A DNA stretch of 64,000 nucleotides. Source: a virus. Numbering within the stretch: the first letter of the stretch is position 1; each line of letters starts with the position of its first letter. A program made the position numbers and the translations under genes. Below are positions 58,994-64,000 of this stretch, piece by piece. The notes under the pieces are model-generated. The model did no database searches. It saw only the letters and a list, made by a program, of their open reading frames with translations, and had not been told where the DNA came from. The stretch spans positions 1 to 64,000 of IMG/VR virus record IMGVR_UViG_3300027733_000040, one strand, 5' to 3'.

Positions 58994-59791
58994 ATGAAAA
59001 GTCGTATTGAACGTGTTCTTCCAACCGCTTATCTTATAGGTCAAACGACACTTGATTTAGATCAATTAACCAAATATCTCGAAGATACTGACGCCAAGCC
59101 ATTCGTTAGAGAAGTAGAAGAAGCAAGATTTTCTGGTGTGTCTGATATGGAGATTATTTGTTCCGTATATGCTAAATTATGCTATAAATCTTTTGTCGTT
59201 GGTACGAATAAAAACATAACAAGAACGAGATCTATAAAGGATAACATCAAAGGATGTTTCGATGTTAAGCATGGCAGCATATTCGAGCATGTTTTCTTTA
59301 ATTTTATCATTAAAGATTGTTCAAGGATTTTTACACATGAGCTTGTACGACACAGGGTCGGCACAGCCTTTAGCCAAAATTCTGGGCGCTATATTAGAGA
59401 AGATGTGATACGTGTTGTTCTTAGCCCAGACATAGAGCATTCAAAAAAGATCGACGCTATCTTAGAGAATATCTGCGCCGGTTATGATGAGTTAGATTAT
59501 GAATTAGATATCGATTCTACTATAAGGTTCGACGAAAAGAAAAAATTAACCAGTTCTATCAGACGAATCCTGCCTAATATGTGCGCTAATGACATAGGTT
59601 TTACTGTCAATGTCCGAGAATTAAGACACATACTTTTGATGCGTACTTCCCGCCATGCCGAATGGGAAATGCGGTATGTTTTTGACAAGATTTATAAATT
59701 ATTACTACCAAAATATGGTGCCTTTTTCCATGGTTTGCATGTAGGGTCACATGAAGGATATGTAGAGATTACTGAGGAGCCTTATGTATAA
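58994..59791 (+). CDS. thyX: Flavin-dependent thymidylate synthase
   Basis: HGSIFEH, SRIFTHELVRHR, FSQNSGRY, RRILP, NVRE, HAEWEMR. Confidence 0.92.
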   Translation: MKSRIERVLPTAYLIGQTTLDLDQLTKYLEDTDAKPFVREVEEARFSGVSDMEIICSVYAKLCYKSFVVGTNKNITRTRSIKDNIKGCFDVKHGSIFEHVFFNFIIKDCSRIFTHELVRHRVGTAFSQNSGRYIREDVIRVVLSPDIEHSKKIDAILENICAGYDELDYELDIDSTIRFDEKKKLTSSIRRILPNMCANDIGFTVNVRELRHILLMRTSRHAEWEMRYVFDKIYKLLLPKYGAFFHGLHVGSHEGYVEITEEPYV

Positions 59792-60344
59792 AATAACTTT
59801 AGAAAGGCTCAATGGTAACGATTTGCCGCTACCTAAATTCGAGACAAGTGGTTCTGCGTGTTTTGACATATCAGCATGTTTAACACGTCGGATGTCTGAA
59901 TGCTTACTAAATGGAAGAAAAAAGCATTTTTTATATAAATGGCATGCTACGAATTTAAGGAAGTATGTTGAAGGACTAGAAGATGTATTTTCTGAAGAAT
60001 CAGAAATGTCACGGTTATACATTCATCCTAACGAAACCATTTTGATACCAACTGGATATAAAGCATCATTTGCTTCAGATTTAGTGTTAAAATTATACAT
60101 CAGGTCTTCTATCGGTTTAAATGGTCTCAATCTAGCTAACCAAGTAGGGATTATTGATTCTGATTATCGTGGTGAGATCTTTATAGCTATAAAAAACAAT
60201 TCTGACATCGCCCAGACTATAAACCACGGTGACCGTATCGCCCAAGCAATGCTTGAATGTATAGTTAAACCAGAGATCATTGCTGGTGTCGTTGATCCCA
60301 CAGCGCGCAATGATGGTGGTTTTGGCTCTACTGGAAGAAAATGA
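59784..60344 (+). CDS. dut: Trimeric dUTPase with an insertion
   Basis: Motifs SACFD, RSS, GIIDSDYRGEI, GDRIAQ, R.DGGFGSTG. Confidence 0.9.
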   Translation: MYKITLERLNGNDLPLPKFETSGSACFDISACLTRRMSECLLNGRKKHFLYKWHATNLRKYVEGLEDVFSEESEMSRLYIHPNETILIPTGYKASFASDLVLKLYIRSSIGLNGLNLANQVGIIDSDYRGEIFIAIKNNSDIAQTINHGDRIAQAMLECIVKPEIIAGVVDPTARNDGGFGSTGRK

Positions 60345-60667
60345 CAATGAGGGGCACATATAAAACAGTAAAACCGGCGTATAGTGCTCTACTTGAAGCA
60401 AACAATTTAACATTAAATCAATATTGTAATCTGAAACCCAAAAATATACAAGAGATCATAGACAAAATACCTGGTACCGGTGATCGTACCGTCAGGCATA
60501 TGTTAAATGTCGGCCCTCGTAATGCTACTGAAACAGATATACTAAATTACTATGTTTGGAATGTCGCTACGCCAAGAATTAGAGCAGAGAATGATTTGGC
60601 TAAGTTACACAGCACTAAAAGGAATTCTATTTATAGTCAGACAGATGACATTATCGATTTTGATTAG
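60341..60667 (+). CDS. Hypothetical protein
   Basis: ATGA-coupled to dut. Confidence 0.55.
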   Translation: MTMRGTYKTVKPAYSALLEANNLTLNQYCNLKPKNIQEIIDKIPGTGDRTVRHMLNVGPRNATETDILNYYVWNVATPRIRAENDLAKLHSTKRNSIYSQTDDIIDFD

Positions 60668-60830
60668 CCTTTTTCGGTCGTTTTTGTTTCGTTTTTTTCT
60701 TTTGGCCGTTGTTGTGCCACTCATAGGGATCGCCAATACTACTAATATCATATTCACTAGGGTTCTGACGGTCCAGAAACGTGGTTGGTGATTTGTATTG
60801 AATTTCACTAATTATTTCTTTAATTTTCAT
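60651..60830 (-). CDS. 59-aa protein MKIKEIISE... with basic C-terminal tail (below the ORF-track cutoff)
   Basis: Hand translation: MKIKEIISEIQYKSPTTFLDRQNPSEYDISSIGDPYEWHNNGQKKKTKQKRPKKANQNR. Confidence 0.55.
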   Translation of the reverse strand: MKIKEIISEIQYKSPTTFLDRQNPSEYDISSIGDPYEWHNNGQKKKTKQKRPKKANQNR

Positions 60831-60844
60831 GGAGTATATTTGAT

Positions 60845-61072
60845 ATGATTGAAAATTCTCAAGCTTCTTTTTCCGTGTGGACTTTAGACGGAAAAGACTA
60901 TTTTGAATTCAATAATGATGGGATTATAATTCATAGATTAGATACTGAACAGGCGGCCGTTGATGTGGCTAAGGATAAGACAGCCCACCACTGGTTATTG
61001 CTAGATGATGATAAAGATAAATATACTGCAGGAGGCACTAATGACTCAAAAAAGATTTTCAAGCGTAGATGA
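60845..61072 (+). CDS. Hypothetical protein
   Basis: GGAG upstream; 75 aa. Confidence 0.5.
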   Translation: MIENSQASFSVWTLDGKDYFEFNNDGIIIHRLDTEQAAVDVAKDKTAHHWLLLDDDKDKYTAGGTNDSKKIFKRR

Positions 61073-61667
61073 TATTCCTGATTTTATGACGGCGGCTAAG
61101 GATTTTAGGAGTGATATAGAACAAACCAATTCACCGCTTTCATTGTTCGACAATGAAGCGCCTGATTTAAAGATGGCAAGAAAATTAGTCGATGAAAGTA
61201 TAAATATAGTCGGCGCTGAAGTAAACATCTTTTTAAGAACCAACAATGATGATATTAGTGAAGTATGGGAAGAGGACGCTGACCCTACATATTGGAATCC
61301 CTTTAAGATAAAAGCATTTTTTAAGCCTTCTCCGATCGAACTGGAATTAAAGAAATCTGGCGTTGATGTAGAAAATAAAATGGAGATTTCGCTAAGTCAC
61401 CGACAAATCTATATGGTCTGTCGCGAGAGGATGCTGCGGGCTGGTGATGTAATCAGAATACCATATAATAGCGCTCAAGTCGATTTAGCGCCTCGTTTCT
61501 TTAGAGTAACCAACGCTGCGCCATCAGGTAATTTCCGCTATAATTGGCTATATCTTTCATGTAAGTTAGAATCTATTACTGCCGATATTACTGTAAGGCC
61601 TATGAAAGACATAATAGGTGACATAGAAATAATTAAGACAAATGGAGTGTACCGTGAGTCTCTCTGA
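61041..61667 (+). CDS. Head-closure/neck protein (T4 gp14-like)
   Basis: ESINIVG, VWEED, GVD, LRAGDVIRIP; GGAGG SD; upstream of the terminator and sheath genes. Confidence 0.65.
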   Translation: MTQKRFSSVDDIPDFMTAAKDFRSDIEQTNSPLSLFDNEAPDLKMARKLVDESINIVGAEVNIFLRTNNDDISEVWEEDADPTYWNPFKIKAFFKPSPIELELKKSGVDVENKMEISLSHRQIYMVCRERMLRAGDVIRIPYNSAQVDLAPRFFRVTNAAPSGNFRYNWLYLSCKLESITADITVRPMKDIIGDIEIIKTNGVYRESL

Positions 61668-61950
61668 TGATATAAGGAAAATGAAGTTATTGGCTATAGC
61701 TAAAATAAAAGAGATTATTCCGGCAGTATCTGAAGGTATCAAGGACGATATTAAATCCCAAATGGATATTAAACTCGAGGTTTCTGATTTAACAGATAAT
61801 GCTGGCGTAGTCGAATCAGTGTTGGTAGGGAAAAAAGAATATCCTACTATCGATGAGCTTAAAGCCGAAAAGACCGATGCTGAAGATTATATAAAAGATT
61901 TAGATGCCGCAAAAATCACAGAAATGGTGAAATCCTATGGCGCTCTATGA
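61654..61950 (+). CDS. Hypothetical protein in the structural module
   Basis: GGAG SD before GTG. Confidence 0.5.
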   Translation: MSLSDDIRKMKLLAIAKIKEIIPAVSEGIKDDIKSQMDIKLEVSDLTDNAGVVESVLVGKKEYPTIDELKAEKTDAEDYIKDLDAAKITEMVKSYGAL

Positions 61951-62713
61951 TTTTAATCATGACACTTCTATAAATCCGGTAACGTTGCAGAACGTTCCTT
62001 TCGGACTGCCAAGGGATGCAGCTGTTAGTCAGCTTAGCGACAACCAAGGCGGCCGTAAAACTCTTACTGGAGATGAGTATAATACCTACCCCCAGTATGT
62101 TGAGGATTTCATCACTCCGGGTTTTAGAGCGCTGGATGAAGCTGTAAAGCAGTATTGGACTGGCATTAGAGTACCGACAAAAGACGCCTATAGGTTTATG
62201 AAGGTCAGAATAGCTGGCGGAAGCAAATCGATATTAGTTTGGCGAGGAGATTTAAAAGACGGTAGAACTAAACTACCTGTCGCCGCCATAAGCCGAACAT
62301 CACACGAATTCAATAAGGATAAATTTAGCCCGACTTATCTATCGATGGGCCATAGATATTTAAATACTGCTGGTTCTTTGGTCGCGAAGCAATATCGCCC
62401 AGTTCCTTATAATGTCACTTATGAAATGGGAGTTTGGGCCGAACACAAACGAGATGCAGAGTATATATTATATCAAGTGCTAACTAGATTTAATCCTTTG
62501 GCGGAATTACGGATGTTCGATGGAAAGCTTGTAGGCAATGTTCAGATGAAGCTTAACAGTGCCGCGGACAATAGCGATAAAGAAATAAGTAATGATTCTA
62601 TGGCCAAGGTTAAATATGACTTCAGCTTTACAGCTGAAGCATGGTTGCCGCTGCCTCAAGTAGTGGTACCAGCTATCGTCGGCCAAGTGACAGCATATTA
62701 TACACCTTCTTAA
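61937..62713 (+). CDS. Tail terminator/sheath stabiliser (T4 gp15-like)
   Basis: LPVAAISR, PVPYNVTYEMGVW, QVLTRFNP, FTAEAWLP. Confidence 0.7.
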   Translation: MALYDFNHDTSINPVTLQNVPFGLPRDAAVSQLSDNQGGRKTLTGDEYNTYPQYVEDFITPGFRALDEAVKQYWTGIRVPTKDAYRFMKVRIAGGSKSILVWRGDLKDGRTKLPVAAISRTSHEFNKDKFSPTYLSMGHRYLNTAGSLVAKQYRPVPYNVTYEMGVWAEHKRDAEYILYQVLTRFNPLAELRMFDGKLVGNVQMKLNSAADNSDKEISNDSMAKVKYDFSFTAEAWLPLPQVVVPAIVGQVTAYYTPS

Positions 62714-62721
62714 GAGATTAT

Positions 62722-63039
62722 ATGATGGAAGATAGAAAGAAAAAGCTTAAATCTAATAAAATCATCAGACGCCCTTCTGTACAAGACGCAGTCGTAGAAG
62801 ATATTAAATCTACTAGAATGGTAAGAGTGTTTAATAGTTGCAAACAGATGATACCACTTCAAATGCGCCCTCCGGGTACTAGTTTTTATCGCTACGAGCA
62901 ACAAATCCGACTAAATCCCGGACAACATGCTTTATTACCTTTAGACCATCTCAGAGAAGACCAGATTGAAAATCTCCAGAAAAAGGGATTTATCAAGATA
63001 ATCTATGATTCTGGTTCGAAAAATTCTAAGCAAAATTAA
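62722..63039 (+). CDS. Hypothetical protein upstream of the sheath gene
   Basis: ORF between the terminator and sheath genes. Confidence 0.55.
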   Translation: MMEDRKKKLKSNKIIRRPSVQDAVVEDIKSTRMVRVFNSCKQMIPLQMRPPGTSFYRYEQQIRLNPGQHALLPLDHLREDQIENLQKKGFIKIIYDSGSKNSKQN

Positions 63040-63077
63040 TATAAGTTGGAACAGCATTAAAAAAAGAGGAGTTAAAT

Positions 63078-64000
63078 ATGGCCGTATATCTATCACCTGG
63101 TGTATATCCTCGTGAAATAGACCTATCTCTGGTCGCTTCTGCCGCCGGGCCCCTTCGCCCCGCATTTATTGGTACTGCTCAAAGAGGCCCCATAAATACC
63201 CCAACGTTTATTTCTGGCGCTGAATCTGCAATTAACACTTTTGGAACACCTTTTGTAGAAAGCTATTTGATGTATGCTGTATTGGCATACATGGAAGATG
63301 GCGATTCGTGCTATATTATGCGAGTAGGTGTTGAATATTCTTCAGCTTTACCAGATAGATTACTCGACGTATGTATTGACAATACTCCTAATATGACATA
63401 TGGTTGGGGACGTATTCCAGTATTTACTGGCATCGATTACGGTAGAATTAACTTACGAAAGCCGACAGTTGCCGACCCAGTAGTATTTCACAATGCTAGC
63501 ATCTCGACACCAGTCTTTCAGAACGCTGGTGCAGAATCTACAGCCCCAGATACTGAGGCTAGTCTTGCGATTGCTGGGACATATACTGGAACATTATCTG
63601 CTACTTACGTTTTAGAAATAACTAGCGATACTAGCATTAACCTTTCGACAGACTTGTACTATATGATAAATGGTGCGACCTATCGTGTGATCGATACTTC
63701 TTATGATAGTGCTGAAGATGGTTATGTGGTCGCTTCCGGCACTTTAGCGGACGCTTCAAACACAGGCACTTCGAGTTCTTTCGTCGTGCAGGGAGCGATT
63801 TTGACTGGTGTGATTACTGTCAGTTCTGGTAGGCTAAGCACTGGAGATATGTTCCAATTCGAATTGACACCAAATAATCGAAAATTCCGAATATCAGTAG
63901 AAGGTGTAGCTCATTCCTATGATGACACAGTCGCTGTTGGAGAGTATGATAACACTGCTGATCTAGTCGATGCTTTAAATGATGCGCTTATTTCTACTGG
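63078..64000 (+). CDS. Contractile tail sheath protein; truncated by the right edge
   Basis: Not in the track; MAVYLSPGVYPREIDLS...AFIGTAQRGPINTPTFI...FGTP; GAGGAG SD. Confidence 0.9.
   Translation, partial: MAVYLSPGVYPREIDLSLVASAAGPLRPAFIGTAQRGPINTPTFISGAESAINTFGTPFVESYLMYAVLAYMEDGDSCYIMRVGVEYSSALPDRLLDVCIDNTPNMTYGWGRIPVFTGIDYGRINLRKPTVADPVVFHNASISTPVFQNAGAESTAPDTEASLAIAGTYTGTLSATYVLEITSDTSINLSTDLYYMINGATYRVIDTSYDSAEDGYVVASGTLADASNTGTSSSFVVQGAILTGVITVSSGRLSTGDMFQFELTPNNRKFRISVEGVAHSYDDTVAVGEYDNTADLVDALNDALIST

Noticed and set aside
1-64000. Genome-wide stop-codon reassignment
   Set aside because: Very long ORFs are intact in code 11, and TAG/TGA stops are followed by well-placed downstream starts.
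1-64000. Eukaryotic giant virus or bacterial chromosome origin; tRNA genes
   Set aside because: The tail sheath, gp14/gp15/gp55-like genes and SD sequences indicate a phage; no cloverleaf or T-arm consensus was found by eye.

Overview
This is a 64-kb segment of a large (jumbo-type) contractile-tailed phage genome. It has dense Shine-Dalgarno-led genes, T4-like neck and tail-terminator genes, a tail sheath gene running off the right edge, and a gp55-like sigma factor. Several small ORFs hint at a Planctomycetota host (inference). The left arm (minus strand) holds a family-C DNA polymerase (DnaE) split into two genes without an intein, an actin-like ATPase with a membrane partner, two giant modular virion/adhesin-like proteins (1974 and 3575 aa) built from Cys-bracketed domains joined by Pro-Thr microsatellite linkers, and a ~450-nt highly structured non-coding region. 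The centre holds SbcD/SbcC, a DinG-like helicase, a 10-gene glycosyl/methyl/acetyl-transferase island, NucS, HNH and two divergent sigma-like genes. The best candidate for an undescribed system is at 44763-48067. It has a PurZ (GSTGKG, PIRV and NFxNY signatures; 2-aminoadenine or Z-base pathway), flanked not by datZ/mazZ but by a nucleoside 2-deoxyribosyltransferase/N-hydrolase-like gene, a DeoC-like barrel lacking its Schiff-base lysine and a degenerate TIM barrel, in a phage whose polymerase is a split DnaE. The right arm holds a 1982-aa repeat protein, a PD-(D/E)XK nuclease, GDP-fucose synthase, ThyX, dUTPase and head-tail structural genes. All calls come from reading motifs by eye; no searches were run.
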